This document shows, one piece after another, positions 14,284 through 23,765 of a DNA stretch of 64,000 nucleotides (positions are counted from its first letter, which is position 1; every line of letters starts with the position of its first letter). A model generated the notes under the pieces. That model was not told the origin of the DNA. It did no database searches and worked only from the letters and a program-made list of their open reading frames with translations. This DNA comes from Raoultella sp. (GTDB lineage Bacteria > Pseudomonadota > Gammaproteobacteria > Enterobacterales > Enterobacteriaceae): assembly GCA_039594335.1 (NCBI GenBank), contig JBCNNS010000007.1, one strand, 5' to 3'. The translations under genes were made by a program, and so were the position numbers.

Positions 14284-15074
14284 TCGCTGGGGGCTACGCC
14301 CATGACCCGACGAAACATCGCGCTGAAAGCGCTATGGCTGCCATAGCCCAGATCCAGCGCCACCCGCAGCACCGATTGTCCCTGCGCCAGGCGAACCAGC
14401 GCTTCCATCAGCTTCGCCCGGCGCACCCATTCACTCCAGGTGAGCGTGGTCTGCTGCTGAAAGTGACGATTGAGCGTGCGTTCGCTCATATTGCTCTCTT
14501 TCGCCGCCTGCTGGCTGCTCCAGACTTCCCCCGGCATTTCCCGTACCTTATGACATAAACGGCGCAGCGCCTCGCTCCGGGGTTCCGGTAGGCCAAATGG
14601 CAGCACCGTCATACCGCGGATCTCATCAAGAATAAGTTCATAAATGCGCTCATCGCGCCCACCGGATTCATAGCGCTCCGCCAGGGCCAGCGAGGTAACA
14701 ATCAGCTCACGCAGGAGCGGCGTGATCTGAACGATCTGGCACGAAGAGGGCAGATCGGCCCGGGCGAGAGGATCGATAAACAGCGTGCGAGCCGCGACCT
14801 GCCCGGTGATACGCAGCGCGTGGGGCGTGCCTGCCGGCAGCCAGACGCCGCGTCCTGGCGGGACAACCCAGTACCCCATCGGCGTGTCCACCCGCACCAC
14901 ACCGCTGAGGATATGCAACAACTGGGCGCAGTCATGCTGATGCCACGGTTCACTATCACCGTGAGCATAATCATGGGCGAACGGCACCAGGGCGCGGTGT
15001 TGAAACGAAAAGGTTAAGGTCGTCGACATGGCGGCGCAGGAATAGCGGCCCGGCGGAGCTCGCCGGACCGACAT
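14262..15074 (-). CDS. AraC-family transcriptional regulator (N-terminal cupin, C-terminal HTH)
   Basis: WHQHDCAQLLHILSG cupin motif and a C-terminal …VALDLGYGSHSAFSAMFRRVMGVAPSDY AraC HTH. The start is uncertain (ATG at 15074 or 15029) and neither has a clear SD. Confidence 0.8.
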   Translation of the reverse strand: MSVRRAPPGRYSCAAMSTTLTFSFQHRALVPFAHDYAHGDSEPWHQHDCAQLLHILSGVVRVDTPMGYWVVPPGRGVWLPAGTPHALRITGQVAARTLFIDPLARADLPSSCQIVQITPLLRELIVTSLALAERYESGGRDERIYELILDEIRGMTVLPFGLPEPRSEALRRLCHKVREMPGEVWSSQQAAKESNMSERTLNRHFQQQTTLTWSEWVRRAKLMEALVRLAQGQSVLRVALDLGYGSHSAFSAMFRRVMGVAPSDYFRPPA

Positions 15075-15080
15075 GAAGAA

Positions 15081-15596
15081 CTAGATGTGCAGTTCTTGCA
15101 GGGTTTCTTTCGGCAGGGCCAACTCATCGTTGCTGTTGATGCGCACATCGCGCTCGATGATATGGCGTGCGATCTCCTGAGCTTCTTCCAGCGAGTGCAT
15201 GGTATAGGTACCGCACTGGTAGACGTTCAGTTCCGGGATCTGCTTTTGATCTTTCACTTTCAACACATCGGCCATCGCCGCTTTCCAGGCGTCGGCTACG
15301 CGCTGCTCATCCGGCGTGCCAATCAGGCTCATATAGAAGCCCGTACGGCAGCCCATCGGAGAGATGTCGATAATTTCCACACCATTGCCGTTCAGATGGT
15401 CGCGCATAAAGCCCGCGAACAGGTGCTCAAGAGTATGAATCCCTCTTTCCGGCATCACTTCCTGGTTTGGTACGCAAAAACGCAGATCGAAAACGGTAAT
15501 TTCATCGCCGTGCGGCGTGTTCATTTTCTTCGCAACGCGCACCGCCGGTGCTTCCATGCGGGTATGGTCGACTGTGAAACTATCTAACAACGGCAT
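15081..15596 (-). CDS. luxS: S-ribosylhomocysteine lyase (AI-2 synthase)
   Basis: 171 aa, [23 protein letters not shown]…HTLEHLFAG… near-identical to E. coli LuxS. Confidence 0.98.
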   Translation of the reverse strand: MPLLDSFTVDHTRMEAPAVRVAKKMNTPHGDEITVFDLRFCVPNQEVMPERGIHTLEHLFAGFMRDHLNGNGVEIIDISPMGCRTGFYMSLIGTPDEQRVADAWKAAMADVLKVKDQKQIPELNVYQCGTYTMHSLEEAQEIARHIIERDVRINSNDELALPKETLQELHI

Positions 15597-15633
15597 TCTT
15601 CACCTCCGATAGTGATTTTTTTTTAAATAAAAT

Positions 15634-15660
15634 GAACTCTTCTTACACCCGCGAGTCTGA
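15634..15660 (+). promoter_or_regulatory. Sigma-E-type promoter of micA
   Basis: GAACTC (15634-15639), 16 bp spacer, TCTGA (15656-15660), 6 nt before the MicA 5' G. Confidence 0.6.
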
Positions 15661-15666
15661 GTATAT

Positions 15667-15742
15667 GAAAGACGCGCATTTATTATCATCATCATCCCTG
15701 AATCAGAGATGAAAGTTTGGCCACATTGATGTGGCCTTTTTC
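15667..15742 (+). ncRNA. micA: MicA (SraD) Hfq-dependent sRNA
   Basis: GAAAGACGCGCATTTATTATCATCATCATCCCTGAATCAGAGATGAAAGTTTGGCCACATTGATGTGGCCTTTTT matches the recalled E. coli MicA almost base for base. It has a terminator hairpin with a T-run and the conserved luxS/gshA intergenic position. Confidence 0.88.
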
Positions 15743-15759
15743 TTTTGTACCGCTTTTTG

Positions 15760-17316
15760 CTACGCGTGTCTTGCTAACAGGGCTTCAAACGGCTCGCTAT
15801 CTTCCGCTTCCACCTTCTGCTGGCGCATCACTGAAGCTTCACGTTCGGCGATAAAATCGTCTTCCCGCAAAATTTCCAGCGGCTCTTCCCGCAGCATCGT
15901 ACGATATTGATCGGCCAGCTCCCTACCGGTGCCGCCAATCCCTTCTTCAAGCATAGAACGCAGAATGCGAGCTGAGAAAGTTAATTCCGGATCGTCGAAG
16001 CTGGCAACCAGCTCATCACACACCTGCTGGTAGGCTTCGCCGCCGTGGATGCTATCTAACGTCTGCGCCACGCGACGCAAATCCTGGAACAGATCTTTAC
16101 CCACTTTAGCCAGCGGGAACTGCGCACTTTCGCAGCCGATACCCAGCGTCAGCCCCGGCTTACGGCCTTCCAGAATCACCCGATTCCAGTTGGTGCGCGT
16201 ACACAGTAGCTCGTCACTGCTCATTTCCGGCGCATCGGCCAGCACGCACCAGACCATAAACAGATCGAGGAAACGTACCTGCTGCTCGTCAACGCCAATC
16301 GGTGAGAACGGGTTGATATCCAGCGAGCGGACTTCGATATATTCAATGCCGCCGCGCAGCAGCGCGTCGGAAGGCGTCTCGCCGCTGCGGGTCACACGCT
16401 TCGGCCGAATTGGCGCATAGAGCTCGTTCTCAATCTGCAGGATATTGCTGTTGATTTGCAGATGCTTGCCGTCTTTCTCAAGGCCAATCCGGGCATACTC
16501 TTCCGACGGCGTTTTAATCGCCCGCTTCAATCCTGCCACATACTCGTGCAGATCGTTGAACGTAATCCCGAGATTACTTTGCGACTTATTAGTATAACCG
16601 AGGTCGCTAAGGCGCAGAGAGGTCGCATAAGGCAGGTAGTACATACCATTTTCCGCTTTCTCAAACGGCAGCGTCGTCGGTTTGCCCTGCAGGAACGAAG
16701 AGCAGATGGCCGGAGAGGCGCCGAAAAGGTATGGGATCACCCAGCCGAAGCGGTAATAGTTACGAATTGAACGGAAATAGCCGGCGGAAATCGCCTCTTT
16801 GCCGCTTTCCGCATCGTCAACACCACACTTCGCCTGCCAGAAGGCCATCGGCAACGAGAAGTTATAGTGTACACCGGAGATGGTCTGCATCAGCGCGCCA
16901 TAGCGGTTTTTCAACCCTTCGCGGTACAGTGTTTTCAGACGGCCAATATTCGAGGTGCCGTACTGCGCCAGTTCGATGTCCTGACCAGGGGCAATGTAGC
17001 AAGGCATGCTCAGTGGCCACATCCGCTCATCGCCCAACTGGCGTGCGGTATAGCGATGAACATCGCGCATAAAGGTGAGCATATGCTGAATGTCGCCATC
17101 AACCGGCGTAATAAACTCCAGCAGCGCTTCAGCAAAGTCGGTTGTAATCCATTTATGGGTCAGTGCTGAGCCAAGGGCCTGAGGGTGACCGGTCGTCGCC
17201 AGTGAACCATCGGCATTGACGCGCAGCGTTTCACGCTCAAGACCACGTTGGATACCCTGTAGAGCCTGTGGATTTTTTTCCAGCCAGGCCAGCGCCTGTG
17301 ATACATCCGGGATCAA
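15760..17316 (-). CDS. gshA: Glutamate-cysteine ligase
   Basis: 518 aa colinear with E. coli GshA. TTG start (as in E. coli) preceded by GGGAGG. Confidence 0.97.
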   Translation of the reverse strand: MIPDVSQALAWLEKNPQALQGIQRGLERETLRVNADGSLATTGHPQALGSALTHKWITTDFAEALLEFITPVDGDIQHMLTFMRDVHRYTARQLGDERMWPLSMPCYIAPGQDIELAQYGTSNIGRLKTLYREGLKNRYGALMQTISGVHYNFSLPMAFWQAKCGVDDAESGKEAISAGYFRSIRNYYRFGWVIPYLFGASPAICSSFLQGKPTTLPFEKAENGMYYLPYATSLRLSDLGYTNKSQSNLGITFNDLHEYVAGLKRAIKTPSEEYARIGLEKDGKHLQINSNILQIENELYAPIRPKRVTRSGETPSDALLRGGIEYIEVRSLDINPFSPIGVDEQQVRFLDLFMVWCVLADAPEMSSDELLCTRTNWNRVILEGRKPGLTLGIGCESAQFPLAKVGKDLFQDLRRVAQTLDSIHGGEAYQQVCDELVASFDDPELTFSARILRSMLEEGIGGTGRELADQYRTMLREEPLEILREDDFIAEREASVMRQQKVEAEDSEPFEALLARHA

Positions 17317-17518
17317 TTTGACCTCCCGCCTGTCAAAATCGTTTGAATAAGCATAATTGTAATGGTGACCATACAGGTTATCCCAGAAGACGTTACTTAC
17401 TGTTACCGGTTCCGCGCCCGAAAACCGGAGCGCACTGGCAGTACGTGCGGATTTCGGGCACAGCCCAGGTGCAAAATAACCGGTAACACGGTCTGCCAGA
17501 ATAGTCTTAGTTCCACAA

Positions 17519-17947
17519 TTAGTGCCACCACGTCATGCCCTGAAGCGTTACCACCGCAATGACGATATAGCGTAACGCTTTGCCAAGGCATAAGAAAAAA
17601 AGTACCGGCCCCCAGGAGATGCGCATCCATCCCGCCAGCAGACACAGTAAATCGCCGATGACCGGCGCCCAGCTTAATAGTAATGTGACCGCGCCGTAGC
17701 GCTTTAACCAGCCGGTTGCTTTTTCCTGCCAGCGCGATGTTTTGCGCAGCGGAAACAGGCGCCCCAGAATAACGTTAGTTCCCCCTCCAAGGCTATTGCC
17801 GATTGTTGCTATTAAGACCAGGGCCCACGGTTGGCTTGCCCCCGAAAGTAGCATAGCAACCAACACAACTTCCGAATTACCGGGAAGTAATGTGGCACTC
17901 AAAAAACTACTGGCAAACAGCGATATCAGCGACAGTGCGTCGCTCAC
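17519..17947 (-). CDS. yqaA: DedA/COG1238-family inner membrane protein YqaA
   Basis: 142 aa with the same length and position as E. coli YqaA. Confidence 0.9.
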   Translation of the reverse strand: MSDALSLISLFASSFLSATLLPGNSEVVLVAMLLSGASQPWALVLIATIGNSLGGGTNVILGRLFPLRKTSRWQEKATGWLKRYGAVTLLLSWAPVIGDLLCLLAGWMRISWGPVLFFLCLGKALRYIVIAVVTLQGMTWWH

Positions 17948-18510
17948 AGCAACCGAACGTCCACGGCATCCATCCCCGCACGCTTCGCCGCCTGCAGACC
18001 AAAATCAGCATCTTCAAAAACGACGCATTGTTCCGGCGCGACGCCCATGCGCTCCGCGCACAGCAAGAAGGTATCGGGCGCGGGTTTATGATTCTGGACA
18101 TGATCGGCGGCGATCACCGCCGCGAAGTAATGACGCAGGCCGAGATGCGCCAGCAGCGCTTCAGCTACGGCGCTTTCGCTACCGGTACCGACCGACATCG
18201 GACGGCGCCCATGCCATGCCTTCACAACGTCTATCAGCGGTAAGGGACGTACGCTGTCCAGCAGCATGCCCTTCACGGCCACGGTTTTTTCCTCCGCCAG
18301 GCGGTGAGGATCTAAATCAGCGTGATTCAGTTCGATAATCGCCTGGGCTATACGCCAGGTCGGAGAACCATTGAGCGCGATCATCGCCTGCTCGTCGAAA
18401 CGAATTCCGTAACGGCCCAGAACCTCATGCCACGCCTTACGATGCGTCGGTTCGGTATCAAGGATGGTGCCATCCATATCAAAGATCAGTCCTGCGTAAC
18501 GTTCGTACAT
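17944..18510 (-). CDS. yqaB: HAD-family sugar phosphatase (fructose-1-phosphate phosphatase YqaB)
   Basis: MYERYAGLIFDMDGTILDTEPTHRKAW… is colinear with the 188-aa E. coli YqaB. Start trimmed from 18588 to 18510. Confidence 0.9.
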   Translation of the reverse strand: MYERYAGLIFDMDGTILDTEPTHRKAWHEVLGRYGIRFDEQAMIALNGSPTWRIAQAIIELNHADLDPHRLAEEKTVAVKGMLLDSVRPLPLIDVVKAWHGRRPMSVGTGSESAVAEALLAHLGLRHYFAAVIAADHVQNHKPAPDTFLLCAERMGVAPEQCVVFEDADFGLQAAKRAGMDAVDVRLL

Positions 18511-18589
18511 CGTATTCTCACAAACCGGGTAAGAAAACGTTACTTTATCGCAAAAGGCCCATGTTGTCGCGGCCAGCACCTCAGGCAAT

Positions 18590-18612
18590 AAAGGCGCCTT
18601 CGGGGCGCCTTT
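18590..18612 (-). terminator. Hairpin after the BON-lipoprotein gene
   Basis: AAAGGCGCC-loop-GGCGCCTTT, a 9-bp GC-rich stem with short T/A tails on both strands. Confidence 0.5.
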
Positions 18613-18631
18613 ATGTGAGTCATATCGTGGT

Positions 18632-18946
18632 TTATTTGATTTTTAAATCATTCTCGACCAAACGAACGCCCTGCACTCTGCGGGTCACTTCCACCGCGCG
18701 GCTGGCATCCTTCGCTGATGAGACAAAACCACTCAGTTGAACGCGGCCTTTAAAGGTCTGTACGCCGATTTCAGAAGACTTAATGTCTTTTTCGTTAAAC
18801 AGCGCCGTTTTAACCTTCGTGGTGACGACAGTATCGTCAATATAGCCACCGGTGCTTTCCTTCGTGGGCGATCCCGCACAGCCAGCTAACGATACGGCTA
18901 CCAGAAGCGTCGCACAAAACGCAGGTATTGCTTTGAACCATTTCAT
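18632..18946 (-). CDS. BON-domain lipoprotein (OsmY/YraP-like)
   Basis: MKWFKAIPAFCATLLVAVSLAGC lipobox. A single BON-type domain (…VVTTKVKTALF…VQTFKGRVQLSGFV…). GGAGAG RBS before the ATG at 18946. Confidence 0.8.
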   Translation of the reverse strand: MKWFKAIPAFCATLLVAVSLAGCAGSPTKESTGGYIDDTVVTTKVKTALFNEKDIKSSEIGVQTFKGRVQLSGFVSSAKDASRAVEVTRRVQGVRLVENDLKIK

Positions 18947-19290
18947 GGATTTCTCTCCTTGCACTCATCTCACCCAAATCAGGCCGATACATACGGGTAA
19001 ATTATAGTGGAAAGAATCACTTGCCAATAAAAAAAGTTCACAAAGCGTCGTTGCAGAAATCTGCCGCCGGGATGGCCTGAGTGGCTTTTGCCAGATAAGC
19101 AGACAGAGAACGGGTAAATGGTTTGGGATTTTAAGAAAAAGGAGAAACTGAAGAAGATGGTGCATCCGGGAGGATGACTCGTTTTACTCACCCTGCGGGC
19201 CGTTGCTGACGCAACGTTATCCTCCCTGGTGCTGGCGATTATCTCGCAGTACCATGAAAATAGCAGTTTGGGCTGTCATTTCGGAGAAGA

Positions 19291-19367
19291 TGGTGCATCC
19301 GGGAGGATTCGAACCTCCGACCGCTCGGTTCGTAGCCGAGTACTCTATCCAGCTGAGCTACGGATGC
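19291..19367 (-). tRNA. argQ: tRNA-Arg(ACG)
   Basis: The reverse complement is GCATCCGTAGCTCAGCTGGATAGAGTACTCGGCTACGAACCGAGCGGTCGGAGGTTCGAATCCTCCCGGATGCACCA, 77 nt, with anticodon loop CTACGAA. Confidence 0.97.
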
Positions 19368-19551
19368 ATCAGGGGGAACTGCTTTACTACATGTCAGTGT
19401 CACATCTAACACTTGCCACAGTGCATCCGGGAGGATGACTCGTTTTACTCACCCTGCGGGCCGTTGCTGATGCAACGTTATCCTCCCTGGTGCTGGCGAT
19501 TATCTCGCAGTACCATGAAAATAACAGTTTGGGCTGCCATTTCGGAGAAGA

Positions 19552-19628
19552 TGGTGCATCCGGGAGGATTCGAACCTCCGACCGCTCGGTTCGTAGCCGA
19601 GTACTCTATCCAGCTGAGCTACGGATGC
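19552..19628 (-). tRNA. argZ: tRNA-Arg(ACG)
   Basis: Identical 77-nt copy. Confidence 0.97.
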
Positions 19629-19822
19629 ATCAGGGAGAACTGCCTTACTACACGTCAGTGTCACATCTAACACTTGTCACACTGAGCAAGATGGTCCATC
19701 CAAGAGGATGACTCATTTTACTTACCCTGAGACCGTTGCTGACGCAACGTTATCCTCCCTGGTGCTGGCGATTATCTCGCAGTACCATGAAATAGCAGTT
19801 TGGGCTGTCATTTCGGAGAAGA

Positions 19823-19899
19823 TGGTGCATCCGGGAGGATTCGAACCTCCGACCGCTCGGTTCGTAGCCGAGTACTCTATCCAGCTGAGCTACGGATGC
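19823..19899 (-). tRNA. argY: tRNA-Arg(ACG)
   Basis: Identical 77-nt copy. Confidence 0.97.
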
Positions 19900-19962
19900 A
19901 TCAGGGAGAACTGCCTTACTACACGTCAGTGTCACATCTAACACATGTCACACTGAGCAAGA

Positions 19963-20039
19963 TGGTGCATCCGGGAGGATTCGAACCTCCGACCGCTCGG
20001 TTCGTAGCCGAGTACTCTATCCAGCTGAGCTACGGATGC
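19963..20039 (-). tRNA. argV: tRNA-Arg(ACG)
   Basis: Identical 77-nt copy, 4 bp from serV. Confidence 0.97.
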
Positions 20040-20043
20040 AAAA

Positions 20044-20136
20044 TGGCGGTGAGGCGGGGATTCGAACCCCGGATGCAGCTTTTGACCGCATACTCCCTTA
20101 GCAGGGGAGCGCCTTCAGCCTCTCGGCCACCTCACC
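20044..20136 (-). tRNA. serV: tRNA-Ser(GCT)
   Basis: The reverse complement is GGTGAGGTGGCCGAGAGGCTGAAGGCGCTCCCCTGCTAAGGGAG…CCGCCTCACCGCCA, 93 nt with a long variable arm, as in E. coli serV. Confidence 0.96.
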
Positions 20137-20198
20137 ACACGCCTCTTACGAGTGCTTTGAAGAACTTGTTTCTGCTCTTCGTCGCTGCGATGGCGCAC

Positions 20199-20226
20199 AT
20201 ATTACTTTCTGGTACTTATAAGTCAA
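20199..20226 (-). promoter_or_regulatory. Candidate promoter of the serV-arg tRNA operon
   Basis: On the minus strand: TTGACT, 16 bp spacer, TAATAT, followed by the GC-rich discriminator GTGCGCC. It lies ~60 bp upstream of serV. Confidence 0.45.
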
Positions 20227-20459
20227 ACAATTTTTCGAGACCTTTTTCCGTTTGCACACTTACCGCGCAATTAGCCTGCAAAAACGGCAAAAAGAGTGTT
20301 TTATCAACAGGAATTCAGGGGGTTCGGCCAGCAACTGGTAAAAGATAAATGTTGCGAACGATGAGCAATAAACAAAAAAGCAAGGTAGTAAAAGAAGAAA
20401 AGTCAGAAAAAAGGACCAGAACGGGGATGCGCCTCACGGAATAGCGAGGCGCGAAAACA

Positions 20460-20645
20460 TTAGTAACTGGACTGCTGGGATTTTTCAGCCTGGATACGCT
20501 GGTAGATCTCTTCACGATGCACGGAGACTTCTTTAGGGGCATTCACGCCAATACGTACCTGGTTACCCTTAACCCCTAAAACTGTCACAGTGACCTCATC
20601 TCCAATCATGAGGGTCTCACCAACTCGACGAGTCAGAATCAGCAT
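20460..20645 (-). CDS. csrA: Carbon storage regulator CsrA
   Basis: The 61 aa [61 protein letters not shown] are identical to E. coli CsrA. Confidence 0.99.
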
Positions 20646-20838
20646 TCTTTGCTCCTTGAAAGATTAAAAGAGTCGGGTCTCTCGTATCCCGGCATTATCC
20701 ATCATATAACGCCAAAAAGTAAGCGATGACAAACACCTTACGGTGTAAGCAGTCACGGCATCACATTCTGTTAAACCTAAGTTTAGCCGATATACACAAC
20801 TTCAACCCGACTTTATCGTTATCAGTGCTTCTCTCGCA

Positions 20839-20868
20839 AGCTACCGTTATCCAGGGATAACGGTAGCT
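20839..20868 (-). terminator. Strong stem-loop between alaS and csrA
   Basis: AGCTACCGTTATC-CAGG-GATAACGGTAGCT, a 13-bp perfect stem 15 nt after the alaS stop. It has no clear U-tract, so terminator function is uncertain. Confidence 0.4.
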
Positions 20869-20883
20869 ATGCATTTATAGTTA

Positions 20884-23511
20884 TTACAGTTTTGCGCTGA
20901 CCCAGCCTTTCACACTGGCTAACGCTGCAGGGAGAGCAGACGCGTCGGTACCGCCGGCCTGAGCCATATCCGGACGACCGCCCCCTTTGCCACCCACCTG
21001 CTGGGCGACCATTCCAACCAGCTCCCCTGCTTTCACGCGATCTGTCACATCCTTAGACACACCGGCAATCAGAGAAACCTTACCATCCGCCACCGTGGCT
21101 AACACAACGACCGTAGAACCGAGTTGGTTTTTCAGGTCATCAACCATGGTACGCAGCATTTTCGGCTCAACGCCGGCCAGCTCGCTGACCAGCAATTTGA
21201 CGCCGTTAATCTCTTCTGCTTTGCTGGAGAGGTTTGCGCTCTCCTGCGCCGCCGCCTGCTCTTTCAGCTGCTGCAGCTCTTTTTCCAGTACGCGAGTACG
21301 TTCCAGCGCGGCACGCACTTTATCGCCAAGGTTATGGCTGTCGCCCTTCAGCAACTGTGCGATATCGCCCAGCAGATCGCTCTGCGCATGCAGATACGCA
21401 ATGGCGCCTTCGCCGGTCACTGCCTCGATACGGCGAACGCCCGCGGCGGTACCGGATTCAGAGGTAATACGGAACAGGCCAATATCACCGGTACGTGAAG
21501 CGTGAGTACCGCCGCACAGCTCGGTGGAGAAATCGCCCATGCTCAGTACGCGAACGCGATCGTCATATTTCTCGCCGAACAGCGCCATCGCACCAGACTC
21601 TCGCGCCGCATCGATATCCATAATGTTGGTTTCAACCGGCAGGTTGCGACGGATCTGAGCATTGACCAGATCTTCCACCGCGCGAATCTCTTCCGGCTTC
21701 ATGGCTTCGAAGTGAGAGAAGTCAAAGCGCAGCGCTTTGTCATTCACCAGCGAGCCTTTCTGCGCCACATGCGTACCCAGAACCTGACGTAATGCCGCAT
21801 GCATCAGGTGAGTTGCCGAGTGGTTCAGACGAATACGCTGACGGCGAGCCCGATCGACATCAGCCTCCAGCGCATCGCCCACTTTCAGCGTGCCGTGGCT
21901 CAGTTTACCAATATGACCAATGGCCTGGCCGTATTTCTGCGTATCGTTGACCGCGAAGGAGAAACCGGCGCCTTTCAGTTCGCCTTTATCGCCCACCTGG
22001 CCACCGGATTCTGCGTAGAACGGCGTTTGATCCAGAATGACAACCGCTTCCTGGCCCGCAGTCACGGCATCAACGGCTTTGCCATCGATGAACAGTGCGG
22101 TCACTTTCGCGTTCAGTTCCAGGTGGTCGTAGCCTTTAAATTCAGAAGCGCCGTCAACGCGAATCATCGCATTGTAGTCTGCGCCAAAGCCGCTGGACTC
22201 ACGCGCACGACGACGCTGCTCTTCCATTGCGGCCTCAAAGCCTGCTTCGTCGACTTTAATATTGCGCTCGCGGCAAACGTCGGCGGTCAGGTCAACCGGG
22301 AAACCATAGGTGTCATACAGACGGAAAGCGGTTTCGCCATCCAGCGTATCGCCCTTCAGCTTGCTCAGCTCTTCATCCAGCAGCGCCAGACCGCGCTCCA
22401 GCGTACGAGCGAACTGCTCTTCTTCGGTTTTCAGCACATGCTCAACCTGAGCCTGCTGCTGCTTCAGCTCTTCACCGGCGGCGCCCATGACATCAATCAG
22501 CGGAGCAACCAGTTTCCAGAAGAAGGTCTCCTTCGCACCCAGCATGTTGCCATGACGCACGGCACGACGAATGATACGACGCAGCACGTAGCCACGGTTT
22601 TCATTCGACGGGATGACGCCGTCGGCAATCAGGAATGCGCAGGAACGAATATGGTCAGCGATAACGCGCAGCGATTTGTTGGTCAGGTCGGTTGCGCCGG
22701 TGACTCTCGCGACGTTCTCAATCAGAGTGCGGAACAGGTCGATATCATAGTTGGAGTTGACGTGCTGCAGAACGGCAGCAATACGCTCCAGACCCATACC
22801 GGTGTCGACAGACGGCTTCGGCAGCGGCTCCATGGTGCCGTCGGCCTGACGGTTAAACTGCATGAAGACGATGTTCCAGATCTCAATGTAGCGATCGCCG
22901 TCTTCTTCCGGGCTTCCCGGAGGACCGCCCCAGATGTGGTCACCGTGGTCGAAGAAGATTTCGGTACACGGACCGCACGGCCCGGTATCGCCCATCTGCC
23001 AGAAGTTGTCAGAAGCGAACGCCGCGCCTTTATTATCGCCAATGCGGATAATACGCTCACGTGGAACGCCGACCTCATTCGCCCAGATATCGAAAGCTTC
23101 GTCATCGGTTTCGTAGACGGTAACCCACAGTTTGTCTTTCGGCAGTGCGAACCAGTTTTCCCCGGTCAGCAGTTCCCATGCGTATTTGATGGCATCCTGC
23201 TTGAAGTAGTCGCCGAAGCTGAAGTTACCCAGCATTTCAAAGAAAGTGTGGTGACGCGCGGTGTAACCGACGTTTTCCAGATCGTTGTGTTTACCACCCG
23301 CACGAACGCAACGCTGCGCGGTCGTCGCGCGAGAATAATGGCGTTTGTCGAGACCCAGGAAAACATCCTTGAACTGGTTCATCCCGGCGTTGGTAAACAG
23401 CAGGGTCGGGTCGTTATGCGGCACCAGGGAGCTGCTCGCAACGACCTGGTGTCCCTTGCTATGGAAAAAATCGAGAAACGCCTGACGGATCTCAGCAGTG
23501 CTCTTGCTCAT
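20884..23511 (-). CDS. alaS: Alanine-tRNA ligase
   Basis: 875 aa, [24 protein letters not shown]… colinear with E. coli AlaRS. Confidence 0.98.
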   Translation of the reverse strand: MSKSTAEIRQAFLDFFHSKGHQVVASSSLVPHNDPTLLFTNAGMNQFKDVFLGLDKRHYSRATTAQRCVRAGGKHNDLENVGYTARHHTFFEMLGNFSFGDYFKQDAIKYAWELLTGENWFALPKDKLWVTVYETDDEAFDIWANEVGVPRERIIRIGDNKGAAFASDNFWQMGDTGPCGPCTEIFFDHGDHIWGGPPGSPEEDGDRYIEIWNIVFMQFNRQADGTMEPLPKPSVDTGMGLERIAAVLQHVNSNYDIDLFRTLIENVARVTGATDLTNKSLRVIADHIRSCAFLIADGVIPSNENRGYVLRRIIRRAVRHGNMLGAKETFFWKLVAPLIDVMGAAGEELKQQQAQVEHVLKTEEEQFARTLERGLALLDEELSKLKGDTLDGETAFRLYDTYGFPVDLTADVCRERNIKVDEAGFEAAMEEQRRRARESSGFGADYNAMIRVDGASEFKGYDHLELNAKVTALFIDGKAVDAVTAGQEAVVILDQTPFYAESGGQVGDKGELKGAGFSFAVNDTQKYGQAIGHIGKLSHGTLKVGDALEADVDRARRQRIRLNHSATHLMHAALRQVLGTHVAQKGSLVNDKALRFDFSHFEAMKPEEIRAVEDLVNAQIRRNLPVETNIMDIDAARESGAMALFGEKYDDRVRVLSMGDFSTELCGGTHASRTGDIGLFRITSESGTAAGVRRIEAVTGEGAIAYLHAQSDLLGDIAQLLKGDSHNLGDKVRAALERTRVLEKELQQLKEQAAAQESANLSSKAEEINGVKLLVSELAGVEPKMLRTMVDDLKNQLGSTVVVLATVADGKVSLIAGVSKDVTDRVKAGELVGMVAQQVGGKGGGRPDMAQAGGTDASALPAALASVKGWVSAKL

Positions 23512-23765
23512 AATTATCCTGAAATCAAGCTATACACTTCACCTTTCACGCTGCCTCTACGCGGGCTGCGCTCGTTCACCTTGACCACGTACCTCTGTAC
23601 GCTCCAGGTAACTCACTCCCCTGCGACCTTGACGCAACGTGAATGATTTTGTGTATAAGGAATAATCGTCGTGGGCGCTGATTGCCGTTTAACACCCAGC
23701 GACCGGACGGAATAAAGTGGGAATAAGATAAGTTTTCTTTAGTGGGAAGTAAAATACCCGATGGG

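Larger units (their letters stand above)
19158..19962 (-). repeat. Tandem ~261-271-bp units (tRNA-Arg plus spacer element) of the arg tRNA array
   Basis: Three long spacers share >90% identical sequence. Each contains a 74-75-nt hairpin element (19158-19232, 19419-19493, 19692-19765) ending in a copy of the tRNA-Arg 3' end. Confidence 0.85.

Noticed and set aside
19158-20040. Regularly spaced repeats that could superficially resemble a CRISPR array
   Set aside because: The repeat units are 77-nt tRNA genes with conserved 184-194-bp spacers that are themselves repeated. There are no 25-40-bp repeats, no unique spacers and no cas genes.
19203-20348. Several 68-182-aa plus-strand ORFs with repeated peptide MVHPGGFEPPTARFVAEYSIQLSYGC
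   Set aside because: They are translations of the antisense strand of the four identical tRNA-Arg genes and serV. The repetition reflects the tRNA array, not a protein repeat.
20040-20460. Possibility of an integrated element at the tRNA-Ser/Arg locus
   Set aside because: The flanking DNA has no integrase, no direct repeat of the tRNA 3' end beyond the array spacers, and no compositional island.
21799-23646. 615-aa ORF on the plus strand
   Set aside because: It is entirely antisense to alaS, whose product is colinear with E. coli AlaRS. The sequence is low-complexity and Arg/Val/Gln-rich with no recognisable motifs. This is a typical shadow ORF in GC-rich coding DNA.
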